Shown: one piece after another, positions 40,301-50,594 of the stretch
Numbering within the stretch: position 1 is the first letter of the stretch
How the letters are laid out: each line of letters begins with the position of its first letter
Assembly: GCA_965237525.1 (NCBI GenBank)
Contig: CBDEFO010000007.1
Coordinates: 704,001 to 768,000 of the forward strand
Reading direction: 5' to 3'
Length of the DNA: 64,000 nucleotides
DNA from: Candidatus Latescibacterota bacterium
GTDB taxonomy: Bacteria > Latescibacterota > CBDEFO01
Notes under the pieces: generated by a model
What the model was told of the DNA's origin: nothing
Database searches by the model: none
Seen by the model: the letters and a program-made list of their open reading frames with translations, nothing else
Made by a program: the position numbers and the translations under genes

Positions 40301-41189
40301 CTGCAAGAACGACGTATAGTTGAAAATATCCCCTGGACGTATAAGGACGGGTTTAGGTTTGTGAGTTTCGGGGTGCTTTTCAGGACTAACTGGGAGGATT
40401 TGAGCAGAAAGGTTAAGAGTCTCTATCGTTATTTTTATTCTGAGGATGTAGAACAAGGGGATGCGATTTACTCTGTCGATGTCCAGAGCGTAGAAGCAAC
40501 AGATCAGAAGGTCTTTACGGTCTTTGAAAGGGGAGAAGTTCTGTGTCGAACGTATGATCTGGCACGGCTTCTCCCCTTTTTAGAAAACCGAATTACAGAT
40601 ACGGCTTTACGTGGGTTGGACAATTTCTTTCAGATCCACTCGGGGGTTGTAAGCGTAGGTGGAAAGGCTTTGCTCCTTCCGGGGCCTCCGGGCAGCGGGA
40701 AGACCACTTTGGCGCTCGGACTGGTTCTTTCAGGGTTCAAGTATTTGTCTGAAGGAAGTGGCTTTAATAGACCCCAGTTCACTGGATGTGGTTCCATTTC
40801 CGAGGAGCCTGTGCTTTAAGGAAAGGTCGTTTGATGCCCTGGCACAACTGATCTCTAAAACAGGGTCCAAGGACGCCGAGTGGGGAATAGATTGTGGAGG
40901 AGTCCATTATATAGATGTGACAGACATAGCGGCGGATCCTTACGGAGAACCTGCACCTGTGGGATATGTGATCTTTCCAACGTACAACCCAAACGGTAAG
41001 TCAGTCCTCTCAAAGATAAGTCGTGCTGAAGCCGCATCCCGGATTGCCCAGATGTCGCTCAACTTCTCCTCTTACGGCAAGAGCGGGGCAGATATTGCAG
41101 TAGAAATAGCAAGAAATGCAGAGTGCTGGGCTCTTTCTGTGGGTGATCCGGAGGAGTCCGTAAGCTTAATTTCAGAGGTGATAGGTTAG
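40301..41189 (+). CDS. HprK-related kinase, 1-base frameshift near 40754; start uncertain
   Basis: IHSGVV, GPPGSGKTT, SE-EVALID, PFPRSL, VIFPTY. Confidence 0.8.
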
Positions 41190-41252
41190 TAATTAAATGA
41201 AGAGTGTACAAAAATGCTAGATAGGATAGAAGCTATATGAAGGTATTATGTA

Positions 41253-41513
41253 ATGAATAGAAAGGCTAGTATCCTTATTCTCAACTACAGCGGCAAAGAA
41301 CTATTAGAGGAATACCTTCCTTCTGTAATAGAAGCTCTGGAGTACGATGGCAATAAGCACGAAAGCGTCGTGGTAGATAATCTCAGCACAGATGACAGTG
41401 TTGAATTTGTGGAGAGGAACTTCCATGGGGTTGCTGTCAGGAGGATGGATTCAAACTATTGGGAATTGTCAGTTGGCTTACGTATTTTACAAGAGTATTT
41501 ACCACGCAGATAA
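41253..41513 (+). pseudogene. Truncated family 2 glycosyltransferase
   Basis: SILILNYSG, VVVDNLSTDDS, ends after 86 aa. Confidence 0.75.
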
Positions 41514-41567
41514 AATGTACAGTGGGGTGATGGGAGGCGGTGCCCTGCCTACTGCCTACTCATTATT

Positions 41568-42722
41568 ATGAATATCCTTGTGATCACAAACGATTTCCCG
41601 CCTTTAAAAGGTGGTGTGGCTTCGTTTCTGCACAATCTATGTGTTCAGTTGGAAAGGAACGGTCATAGCGTTCAGGTACTCACCTTTTCGGTGACTCCGA
41701 GGGATTGGAAGGAGGACAAAAGGGCTCCCTACAGGATATATAGGCTCAGAGACCCAAGGAGGTTTTCATCTGTCATCATGATTTATAAAAGCGTGCTACA
41801 TTGTCTCAAATATCGCATCGATGTTGTGCTCATAGGACATCTTATGACGACGCACGCATTGGGGGTCCTCTTCCTAAATATGTTGCTCTTCATACCATAT
41901 GTGATTTCGATTTACGGCTTGGATCTTATGACTTTTCTATCCAAGTCGAGGCTGGATGGTTTGATATCGCGGGCTCTTTTGAGGAGGGCCTCTACGCTGA
42001 TGGCCATCAGCCAGTTCACAAAGGATGAGATATTAAAAACTGGATATGAAAGGCCCGATAGGATATGCGTGGTGTACCCCGGAGTAGATATCCAGGAGTT
42101 CAGACCAGATATTGAATCAGAAAGAATCAAACTCAGATTTGGCCTTTCAAGCAAGAGGGTGTTACTGTCTATTGGAAGGCTAGTTAGAAGGAAAAATCAT
42201 GAAACTGTATTGAGAGCGCTGCCGGGGGTTATTGAAATGCTCCCTGACACTGTCTATCTTATAGTGGGAGAAGGGCGAGAGGAGGGTCATTTAAGAAGAA
42301 TTGTAAAGGAATTAGGACTTGAAGATCATGTGATATTCACAGGGTATATAGATCAGAAGGACCTGCCGAGTTGCTACTCTGCGTGCGATTTGTTTGTTAT
42401 GCCTTCGGATATAGTGGAGGGCAGCTTTGAGGGGTTCGGCATAGTGTTTCTGGAGGCGAACGCATGCGGCAAGCCAGTAATTGGGAGCAATATAAGCGGA
42501 GTAGCTGAGGCAGTGGAAGATGGCGTGACGGGATTGTTAGTGGATCCCAAAGATTACGATGGGATAAAAGACGCGATAATAAGGCTTCTTACAGATAAGG
42601 AATATTCTCGAAAGTTGGGGGAGAACGGAAGGAAGAGAGCTTCCCAAAAGTTCACTTGGGAGAGCGCAGGCAAGAAAGTGGATGCGCTTTTGAAGGATGC
42701 ACAGTTGGAAAAGCGTGCTTAA
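41568..42722 (+). CDS. Family 4 glycosyltransferase
   Basis: NDFPP..GG, IGRL, EGFGIVFLEANACG. Confidence 0.92.
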   Translation: MNILVITNDFPPLKGGVASFLHNLCVQLERNGHSVQVLTFSVTPRDWKEDKRAPYRIYRLRDPRRFSSVIMIYKSVLHCLKYRIDVVLIGHLMTTHALGVLFLNMLLFIPYVISIYGLDLMTFLSKSRLDGLISRALLRRASTLMAISQFTKDEILKTGYERPDRICVVYPGVDIQEFRPDIESERIKLRFGLSSKRVLLSIGRLVRRKNHETVLRALPGVIEMLPDTVYLIVGEGREEGHLRRIVKELGLEDHVIFTGYIDQKDLPSCYSACDLFVMPSDIVEGSFEGFGIVFLEANACGKPVIGSNISGVAEAVEDGVTGLLVDPKDYDGIKDAIIRLLTDKEYSRKLGENGRKRASQKFTWESAGKKVDALLKDAQLEKRA

Positions 42723-42737
42723 ATGGGTTAAGAACAG

Positions 42738-44207
42738 ATGACTAATGTCACGAAAAAGATAGCTTTGAACGCCTCTTTTCTTGCCATAGATGACATTGTC
42801 TTGAAGGCACTGTCGTTGGTATCGCTTCCGATTATGATGCGCTATCTGGGAGTCGATACCTTCGGGATGTACGTATTTGCACAGAGCTTTGCGTCCATTA
42901 TCCTGGTCGTATCGGACGTTGGGTTGAAGACGACCCTGGTAAGAGATGTTGCCAAGAATAAAGAGAGAGCGGGCGAATACGTCCACAACAGTATGATCTT
43001 GAAGTCTATCTTTTTTGTTATCGCGTTTATGATCACTCTCGGGATCGTAGATGGACTTGGGTATTTTTCAGAAAAGGCGTCCCTGATCTATCTGGTTATG
43101 GTGTCAGGGATAACGGCTTCTTTTACAGTTTTGCTGTCCTCCTTTTTTAAGGCCTTTGAGGTGATGCACACGAAAGCTTTGGTAGACATCGCTGGAGGCC
43201 TGATCAGCCTCATCGCAGTTATAGCTGTTTTGGTATTACTCAGAGGAGGAATATACGAGCTTCTGGCAGCGTTTGTGGTGGGAAATCTTCTGATAGCAGC
43301 CTGGAGCTACAGGCTTGTTAAAGCCAAGATCGCTGAAACGGCGTCCTGGCACCACAACTGGAAGGTGGATTGGGGAGCTATAAAATCTCTATTTATGCTA
43401 TCGATACCTGTGGGAATCTCAGGAATATTCGTGATGGTCTATAACTATTTCGATATTGTAATGTTAGAGTGGATGAGAGGAGACTATGAAGTGGGCGTCT
43501 ACGGAGCGGCGTATAAGCTGATCATAACACTGCACTTTATCCCTTATGCGATAGTTGGGGCTCTATTTCCCGTAATGTCTAGGCTTTCAAAGAGTTCTCC
43601 GATAGAGCTAAAGTTTATCTTTGAAAGGTCGTTCAAGTACTTAGCGCTATTGGGACTACCGATAGCTGTAGGGGTCACGTTTACGGCAGATGAGATTATG
43701 ATCCTTCTGGGAGGGGAAAACTGGGCTGAGGCCGGCACGGCACTCAAGATCTTGATCTGGGCGACGTTTATAGCGTTCTTGAACTATCCGATAGGGGCCC
43801 TTGTGATCACTTTAGATAGACAGAAGGTGGCGGCTTTCAACGCAGGGGTGTGTATGGTTGTCAACATAGGGTTGAATTTCCTGCTTATTCCATCGATGGG
43901 ATTTAAAGGCGCAAGTATCGCAACTGTGGCAACCGAGGCTTTATTGTTCATGATGGGCTATATAGCTCTTTCGCGGGCGTTATATTCTCCTCCAGTGTTG
44001 AGCCTTTCAGCAAAACCAACAGTCTGTGGAGTAGGCCTTGCAGTGGTTCTGTACCTTTTAGGGAACATCGGGCTCTTTTTGTCCGTTTTGGCCTCCATCG
44101 CTGCGTATACGGGATTTCTGCTATTGACGCGGATATTCGATGAAAGGGACAGGGACATGTTTTTGGATCTCCTTCCGGGTCAATTAGAATGGAGAGCAAG
44201 AAATTGA
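42738..44207 (+). CDS. Wzx-type polysaccharide flippase
   Basis: About 12-14 TM; RYLG...FG.Y, D.GL, VGVYGAA, GASIAT. Confidence 0.9.
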   Translation: MTNVTKKIALNASFLAIDDIVLKALSLVSLPIMMRYLGVDTFGMYVFAQSFASIILVVSDVGLKTTLVRDVAKNKERAGEYVHNSMILKSIFFVIAFMITLGIVDGLGYFSEKASLIYLVMVSGITASFTVLLSSFFKAFEVMHTKALVDIAGGLISLIAVIAVLVLLRGGIYELLAAFVVGNLLIAAWSYRLVKAKIAETASWHHNWKVDWGAIKSLFMLSIPVGISGIFVMVYNYFDIVMLEWMRGDYEVGVYGAAYKLIITLHFIPYAIVGALFPVMSRLSKSSPIELKFIFERSFKYLALLGLPIAVGVTFTADEIMILLGGENWAEAGTALKILIWATFIAFLNYPIGALVITLDRQKVAAFNAGVCMVVNIGLNFLLIPSMGFKGASIATVATEALLFMMGYIALSRALYSPPVLSLSAKPTVCGVGLAVVLYLLGNIGLFLSVLASIAAYTGFLLLTRIFDERDRDMFLDLLPGQLEWRARN

Positions 44208-45391
44208 GAATCTTTTACGTATGCGATGTCTATCTGAGTCGTCAGATAGCATGGACAACGCATGTCAAAGAGATTACTGAGAATATGAAGATGCTGGGAC
44301 ACGAGGTGATCCTGTTCGCTCCGGCGTACGGTAAGCACAGAGAAGAGACATCCGTGGATGTGGTCTATGTCCCCACAACTAACATCAGGTTTTTCAGGGT
44401 CTTCGTCTTCTATCTTTTGGTGTTTTTGTATATTTTTCTATACCATCTGAAGAGGGGAAGACCCGATGTGGTCTATATACGGGAGATGTATATTTCAGCT
44501 ACGGCACAGCTAGCTGCAAAACTTCTGAGCGTTCCTGCCGTGTTAGAAGTGAATGGGATAAATCAGGAGGAAAGGAGTGATACCTCAGGATCGAGTCCCG
44601 AGGTGATATTGAGCGGATTCTTTCAGAATTGGGGCGTTAAGATGGCAGATATGGTGATCGCTATTACACCCAAATTGAGGGGGAAACTCGCAGAGAGGGC
44701 AAACGTCCATATTGAGAAGATATTTGTAGTGAGGAATGGGACGAATGTGGACATGTTTACGCCTATGGACGAGATGGAGGCTAAGGAGAGATTAGGGCTG
44801 AAGCGGGACAGAGATTACGTTTGCTTTGTAAGCAGTCTCTATCCGTTCCACGGTGCCCTGAATCTGGTAGAAAGTAGTCCTGATGTGCTTAAAGAGAGAG
44901 GAAATGTCAGCTTTTTGATTGTAGGAGATGGGTTTATGAAGGGTGAGTTAATAGAAAGAACGAGGGAGTTGGGCGTGTATAGAGATTTTGTGTTTACAGG
45001 TGAGGTCGGTTATGACTATGTGCCGCTCTACATCAACGCGTCGAAGTTGACTCTGTGTTTTATAAGGAATATAAGAGAAAGTGGGGAAGGCAGTCCGCTG
45101 AAGTTATTTGAGTATATGTCCTGTGGGAAAGCAATTCTGGCAAGCAAGGGCCCTGAGTGCGGTCAGTTTGTGGAGCAAGCGGAGGCTGGAAGATCTGTGG
45201 ACACTGAGGACAAGAAGGAAATCTCCCGGAGTATATTGGCGCTTTTGGAGGACGACCAAGAAAGGGAACGCATGGGCAAGAAGGGGAGAGATTATGCACT
45301 TCAAAATTGCAGTTGGAAGAAAGTTACCGAACGGGTGTTGGAACTTTCAAGCCAGAACGACGAAATACCAAAGGGGACGAGGACAGCTTGA
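44189..45391 (+). CDS. Family 4 glycosyltransferase
   Basis: EVNG, IVGDG, SPLKLFEYMSCG. Confidence 0.9.
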   Translation: MESKKLRIFYVCDVYLSRQIAWTTHVKEITENMKMLGHEVILFAPAYGKHREETSVDVVYVPTTNIRFFRVFVFYLLVFLYIFLYHLKRGRPDVVYIREMYISATAQLAAKLLSVPAVLEVNGINQEERSDTSGSSPEVILSGFFQNWGVKMADMVIAITPKLRGKLAERANVHIEKIFVVRNGTNVDMFTPMDEMEAKERLGLKRDRDYVCFVSSLYPFHGALNLVESSPDVLKERGNVSFLIVGDGFMKGELIERTRELGVYRDFVFTGEVGYDYVPLYINASKLTLCFIRNIRESGEGSPLKLFEYMSCGKAILASKGPECGQFVEQAEAGRSVDTEDKKEISRSILALLEDDQERERMGKKGRDYALQNCSWKKVTERVLELSSQNDEIPKGTRTA

Positions 45392-46653
45392 AGAGGAGGG
45401 AATCAGCATTAATCGCAGGGATCGCAATTGTGGCTCTGGCTATAAGATTAGGGGTCATCTATAACTTCACTGTTCCTGTGGAAAAGGATGCCCTGGAATA
45501 CGATAAGATAGCTGTGAGTCTGTCACAAGGGAGAGGCTTCGAAATCGATGGACATCCTACTTCGCAAAGGCCTCCGATGTACCCGCTCTTTCTGTCGCTT
45601 GTCTACGGTCTCTTCGGGCACAGCCATGAGGCGGCAACTGCTGGAAATGCCCTGTTGGGCGCCGCAGCATGTATCGCTGCATACTTAATTGGAAGAGAGA
45701 TCAAGGACTTGAGGACTGGCACTATAGCAGCGACGTTGACAGCCCTGCATCCGTCTTTTGAAGTAGCCACAAGGCTGTACTCTGAGAATCTATTCATTCC
45801 CCTTGTAGGGTTATCAACATTGGTCTGCATCAAGGTGGTCCGAGATAAGAGGCTATATCTATATATCTTAGCGGGATTCCTCATCGGGCTTTCGACGCTT
45901 ACAAGGCAGACTGCAGGGCTTTTGTTGTTCTTTATCGCACCGCTTATGTTATTAGGACAGAGAGATAAACAGAGAATTACTAAAGGAATCCTAGCGGCAG
46001 TTACGGCGTTTTTGATTGTCATCGTCCCGTGGCAGACAAGAAACTGGTTTATGAAAGACAGGGTAGTGAATCAGGACTTATTGAACTTCGCATTTGCTTT
46101 TGCTAATTACCCATTGTTCTCCGGAAGCAACTGGTGGACTGTCTTCGACATGGAGAAGTTTGAGATGGAGCGGGACCGAGGAGTCGAATTTGTCACGAGG
46201 AAGGCCCAAGAGCTGGGCGGACAGAATGAGGGATTGAGCAAGCTGAAACTGGTAGTATTTGATAAGATATGTGGAAATCCGAAAGGATTTATCAAATTGT
46301 GCACCAGCAGGATTGCTATCTTCTGGCTCTCTCCTCCTGTGGGAACTTATTTTATCAAAGAGAAAGGCAAAACATTAGCCGGTTGGTGGATGGGGATAAA
46401 CTACCTCTTATTGGGAACAGTTTTTTGGGGAGGATACCTGTCCCTGAGGGAGGGCAGGGTGGCCTGGATTGTTTTGGGGTTGCTTTTGTATTTCACTCTA
46501 TTTCACGGACTTACACATAGCATCAGAAGGTATAGCTACACAGTGGTCCCTGAGATGATGGTACTCTCTGCCGTGTCAATTTCAACTCTTTATAACCGCT
46601 GGAAGGGGCTATGGCTCAAAAAATCGAACGGCGATTGCGCGGTGTCAGTCTGA
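45388..46653 (+). CDS. GT39/PMT_2-like membrane glycosyltransferase
   Basis: D..EY..IA, RPPMYP, YSE.L, PW..RN, RY; multi-TM. Confidence 0.8.
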   Translation: MKRRESALIAGIAIVALAIRLGVIYNFTVPVEKDALEYDKIAVSLSQGRGFEIDGHPTSQRPPMYPLFLSLVYGLFGHSHEAATAGNALLGAAACIAAYLIGREIKDLRTGTIAATLTALHPSFEVATRLYSENLFIPLVGLSTLVCIKVVRDKRLYLYILAGFLIGLSTLTRQTAGLLLFFIAPLMLLGQRDKQRITKGILAAVTAFLIVIVPWQTRNWFMKDRVVNQDLLNFAFAFANYPLFSGSNWWTVFDMEKFEMERDRGVEFVTRKAQELGGQNEGLSKLKLVVFDKICGNPKGFIKLCTSRIAIFWLSPPVGTYFIKEKGKTLAGWWMGINYLLLGTVFWGGYLSLREGRVAWIVLGLLLYFTLFHGLTHSIRRYSYTVVPEMMVLSAVSISTLYNRWKGLWLKKSNGDCAVSV

Positions 46654-47498
46654 TAGTCCCGGCCTACAATGAGGAAAAGGGAATCGAAGGGGTGTTGAAG
46701 GGGCTAATTGACATTATGAACAATAATAAGACAGACTATGAGATTATCGTCGTGAACGACGGATCTACCGATAATACCGGCCAGATTTTAAAGGAGCTTT
46801 CAGATATAGTAGTTGTAGACCATTTTCAGAACAAGGGATACGGAGCAGCGTTGAAGTCTGGGATAAGGAAGTCTCGCTACGAAACTGTAGTCATTACAGA
46901 TGCGGACGGCACCTACCCAAACAGCCGCATACCTGAACTTGTAGAGGGGATCGAAGAATACGACATGGTAGTCGGTGCAAGAACCGGAGAAAACGTAAAG
47001 ATACCCTTAATAAGGAGACCTGCCAAGAGCTTCTTAAATATACTTGCTAATTATCTGTTGGAGACAAAGATACCAGATCTTAATTCGGGATTGAGGGCCT
47101 TTAGAAAGGACACTGTAATGTGGTATTTTAACATCTTGCCGGATAGCTTCTCTTTTACGACTACGATCACTCTGGCTATGTTAGGCGATGGATTCGCCGT
47201 CAATTATATCCCTATAGACTACGGAACAAGGAAAGGAAAATCCAAGATAAAGGCCAGGGATGCGTTCAATTTTCTGGTCCTGATAGTACGGACGATTATG
47301 TATTTTAACCCTTTACGGGTCTTTCTGCCCATAAGTTTGGGACTCCTGTCGGCGGCGCTTATAAGGTTAGGATACGATATTTTTGTGCTGAGCAACATAA
47401 CGGATTCTTCAACTATGTTTTTTATCGCCGCTCTTCAGGTTGGATTGATAGGGATGTTAGCCGATCTTGTGGCCAAAAAGAGACAGCCGAGAGCTTGA
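46611..47498 (+). CDS. Family 2 glycosyltransferase (polyprenol-phosphate/DPM1-like) with C-terminal TM pair
   Basis: VPAYNEE, VNDGSTD, NKGYG, DADGTY, D.NSG.R, R.GKSK. Confidence 0.9.
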   Translation: MAQKIERRLRGVSLIVPAYNEEKGIEGVLKGLIDIMNNNKTDYEIIVVNDGSTDNTGQILKELSDIVVVDHFQNKGYGAALKSGIRKSRYETVVITDADGTYPNSRIPELVEGIEEYDMVVGARTGENVKIPLIRRPAKSFLNILANYLLETKIPDLNSGLRAFRKDTVMWYFNILPDSFSFTTTITLAMLGDGFAVNYIPIDYGTRKGKSKIKARDAFNFLVLIVRTIMYFNPLRVFLPISLGLLSAALIRLGYDIFVLSNITDSSTMFFIAALQVGLIGMLADLVAKKRQPRA

Positions 47499-47617
47499 AT
47501 AAGTAGAGAAGGGCCACTTCTTCCCCATCCTTGGGGGTTGCTTCGTCAGACAGGAAGATCTACCCCAACAGAGGGCTAGGTAGACAGACATTTTTGTCTG
47601 TCCTGGAGGCAAGAGCA

Positions 47618-47733
47618 GGCAATGACTGAAGCTGGAGGCTGAACGGCGTCATTTAGAGCAGATTACAACGTCATTGCGACACTCCGATTGAATCCCCGAT
47701 TGATTCTATCGGGGATCGAAGCGAAGTAACCTC
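47618..47733. repeat. REP-like composite element with doubly nested palindrome (47682..47718)
   Basis: gcaatgac ... gtcattgcgac actccgattgaatc cccgattgattctatcgggg atcgaagcgaagtaacctc. Confidence 0.7.
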
Positions 47734-47768
47734 ATCATAAAACGACTCCAGATCAGAGTCATAATTCC

Positions 47769-48728
47769 ATGCAAGAAGAAAATAGAAACAAAGAACTTAA
47801 GGCTTTGGAACTCCGGTGCCAGTTCGTGAGACATATGAACAGAGAGGACGAAGGGGCTGAGATAGAAGTTGTAGCGTACCAGGAAACAGGAGGAGACAGT
47901 CCGAAGATGTCGGTAATCGTTCCGACATCAGATGCCTACAGGGACGGGTATTTCCCGCAGCTTTTAGAGCAGTTGAGGGATCAGTCCTTCAAGGACTTTG
48001 AGGTCATCGTAGTCAAAGGGGATAAAAGACAGGGCAGAGCCATAAACACAGGTGCCGCAATGGCAAGGGGCGATATTTTAGTGACTTTAGACGACGATAC
48101 GAGGCTGGGGCACGCTGAGGTGTTAGAGAATCTCTATGGGGTTCTAAGTGATTATCCCGATATAGGCATGGCGGGAGTGGCGAATCTAGTGCCGGACGAC
48201 GTCCCCTGGCTCCAAAGGAGGACTATGGAGGAAGTTCCGAGGAGGAGCTCTGATGTGGTGGGGGTCATCACAGAGAGCGATATGGCAGAGCATCCGTGCT
48301 GTGCTATCCCCAAAAAGGTTTTCTGTGAAGTAGGCGGCGAGAATGAGATTATCCCGAGGGGCTTAGACCCTTATCTGAGAAGAGAGATAAGGAGGGCGGG
48401 ATACAGAGTAGTCGTGATCCCGAACACTTATATCTATCACCTTCCGCCCCGTAGGTTTAAGGCTCTGGTAAGACAGTTTTTCAGGAACGGTAGACAATCT
48501 GCGCTCTGCACGAAGGTATATCCGGAGTGGGTCGTAGAATTGACGGAGAAACATAGCGAGGATGTACCTGAGAACGCCACTTTGCTCAAGAGGTCGCTCA
48601 GGGCGGCTTCGAGGTTGATAAAGGCGCTGTTTTCTGGCAAGCTTATATGGTTGGTCACATCTTTGGCGTACCTCGCCGGCTTCGGGTGGGAGATGGTCAG
48701 ATTACGCCTTATGTCTGAAAGGGAATAG
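47769..48728 (+). CDS. Family 2 glycosyltransferase
   Basis: SVIVPT, FEVIVV, N.G...A.GD, LDDD. Confidence 0.85.
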   Translation: MQEENRNKELKALELRCQFVRHMNREDEGAEIEVVAYQETGGDSPKMSVIVPTSDAYRDGYFPQLLEQLRDQSFKDFEVIVVKGDKRQGRAINTGAAMARGDILVTLDDDTRLGHAEVLENLYGVLSDYPDIGMAGVANLVPDDVPWLQRRTMEEVPRRSSDVVGVITESDMAEHPCCAIPKKVFCEVGGENEIIPRGLDPYLRREIRRAGYRVVVIPNTYIYHLPPRRFKALVRQFFRNGRQSALCTKVYPEWVVELTEKHSEDVPENATLLKRSLRAASRLIKALFSGKLIWLVTSLAYLAGFGWEMVRLRLMSERE

Positions 48729-48732
48729 AGTC

Positions 48733-49917
48733 ATGGGGAAAACGATCTTGTGGGCGAACGACTTCCCGCCTGTGGTAAGTGGGATCGCCACGTTCTTCTA
48801 CAATTTATGGGTAGAACTACCCAAAGAAAGGACCGTTGTGATAGCTCCGAAGGCAAAGGGCTATCGGGAGTTCGATAGGCAGCGCGATGTTGTTGTGAAA
48901 AGGATATGGCTGCCATTAGGCGAGTCAATATGGGCCAAGGTCATCAAGACACTTTTAACTCTGATATGGAGCCTCTATCTATCACTCGTAGTGAGACCTC
49001 GAAAGTTTCACTGCGGTCAGGTGCTATCTTCGGGAATTGCAGGGCTTCTGTGCAAAAGGCTGTTCAAGATCGCGTACGTGGTCTATGTGTACGGATCTGA
49101 GACCTTCCGGCTGGGTAAAGGGAGAAGGGGAAAATGGCTGATGAGAAAGGTGTTAAACGAGAGCCAGACCGTAGTGTCGATCAGTGATTCCACTTCGAAG
49201 GAGCTTGAAGGGTTCGGCGTAAATAGAAAGAAAATAGTAAAGATATGTCCGGGGGTCGATTCGAGGCGCTTTTGCCCAAAGGCTAAGGATAAAGACTTGA
49301 CAGAGCGTCTGGGGCTGGACGGGATGAAGGTGATCTTGACTGTTGCAAGGCTCGACCAAAGGAAGGGACACGACATGGTGATGAAGGCTCTGTCAAGAAT
49401 AAGCAGAGAGAAAAAAACAAAGAGCGTGCAAGGAGAAGAGCTGAACCCTGTTTACTCCAAATATGTGATAGTGGGTAAGGGAATTGAAGAGGAAAGATTG
49501 AAGGAGCTATCTGGAAAGTTGGAGATCGAGGACACGGTCCTTTTTACAGGATATGTTCCCGATGACCAGATAGTGGATTATTACAATCTTTGCGACGTAT
49601 TTGTGATGCCGAACAGGGTAACAAAAGGGACGTCTTTAGAGGGCGATATACAGGGATTCGGGATTTCGTTTGTAGAAGCTGCAGCGTGTGAAAAGCCCGC
49701 AATAGCAGGGCGTTCAGGTGGCACAGCAGAAGCAGTGTTAGACGGTGTTACGGGTATTTTAGTAGAGCCAGAGTCCGAGAAGGAAATAGCAGATGCGATA
49801 AGGAGGCTTATAGAGGATGAGGAGTTGGCGCTGAAAATGGGCAGAGCAGGAAGGGAAAGAGCGAAAAAGGAATTCGATTGGCAAAAACTGGCAAAATCAG
49901 TGGAGGAGATACTGTGA
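48733..49917 (+). CDS. Family 4 glycosyltransferase
   Basis: NDFPP, VARL..RKG.D, QGFGISFVEA. Confidence 0.9.
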   Translation: MGKTILWANDFPPVVSGIATFFYNLWVELPKERTVVIAPKAKGYREFDRQRDVVVKRIWLPLGESIWAKVIKTLLTLIWSLYLSLVVRPRKFHCGQVLSSGIAGLLCKRLFKIAYVVYVYGSETFRLGKGRRGKWLMRKVLNESQTVVSISDSTSKELEGFGVNRKKIVKICPGVDSRRFCPKAKDKDLTERLGLDGMKVILTVARLDQRKGHDMVMKALSRISREKKTKSVQGEELNPVYSKYVIVGKGIEEERLKELSGKLEIEDTVLFTGYVPDDQIVDYYNLCDVFVMPNRVTKGTSLEGDIQGFGISFVEAAACEKPAIAGRSGGTAEAVLDGVTGILVEPESEKEIADAIRRLIEDEELALKMGRAGRERAKKEFDWQKLAKSVEEIL

Positions 49918-50594
49918 AGTGGAACACCCGCTGCAAAGAGTTGGATGTATCGGGGGTTAAAATGAAGCCTGCCTTCCTGGGGAAAGTGACATCGAAGGTA
50001 CGAGATCTGGCCGGCTTGTTGTGTATGGGCGGTCAAGGCATTATACTAGACGTGGGATGCGGAAACGGTCTGTTCCTTGCGTCCGTAGGCAGAGCGTCAG
50101 CTTCAAAGAATGAATTAGTCCTGGTTGGAGTGGACAGATCTATGCCGCTTTTGAAGGAGGCTAAGGGAATTTTCAAAGATAATTCTGTGGAGTGTGTAAG
50201 CCTCCTCCAGGGAAACGCTTTAGCAATGCCGTTCAAGCGTGGGTCTCTAGATTACGTTTTGATGATTAATACGCTTCTGAATATGCCGGATAGGACAGTA
50301 GTAGCAGCTATCCTTCGCGAGCTTATGTCTCTCTGCAAGATAGACGGAAAGATGGTTGTGGACATCCGCAACGGACATAATCCCTATATAAGGTTTAAAT
50401 ACTGGCTTCACAACAGAAGGGGGACATTCCCGACGAAGGCTTACAGATTAGATGAGATATGTCGTATATTTGAGAAAGCTGGGTTTGCCGTAGCCCGAAA
50501 GGTACCTGTCGGGATTCCTGCTTTATCTATGGCTTTTGCGTTTGTGTTGGAGGCAGTGAAAGTCCGAAAGGTGGATGAAGGGTGCAGTTATTGA
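49914..50594 (+). CDS. Class I SAM-dependent methyltransferase
   Basis: ILDVGCGNG, GVDRS, A..MPF. Confidence 0.85.
   Translation: MKWNTRCKELDVSGVKMKPAFLGKVTSKVRDLAGLLCMGGQGIILDVGCGNGLFLASVGRASASKNELVLVGVDRSMPLLKEAKGIFKDNSVECVSLLQGNALAMPFKRGSLDYVLMINTLLNMPDRTVVAAILRELMSLCKIDGKMVVDIRNGHNPYIRFKYWLHNRRGTFPTKAYRLDEICRIFEKAGFAVARKVPVGIPALSMAFAFVLEAVKVRKVDEGCSY

Noticed and set aside
41546..41560. tgcctac heptamer tandem
   Set aside because: Only two units; too short to support a function
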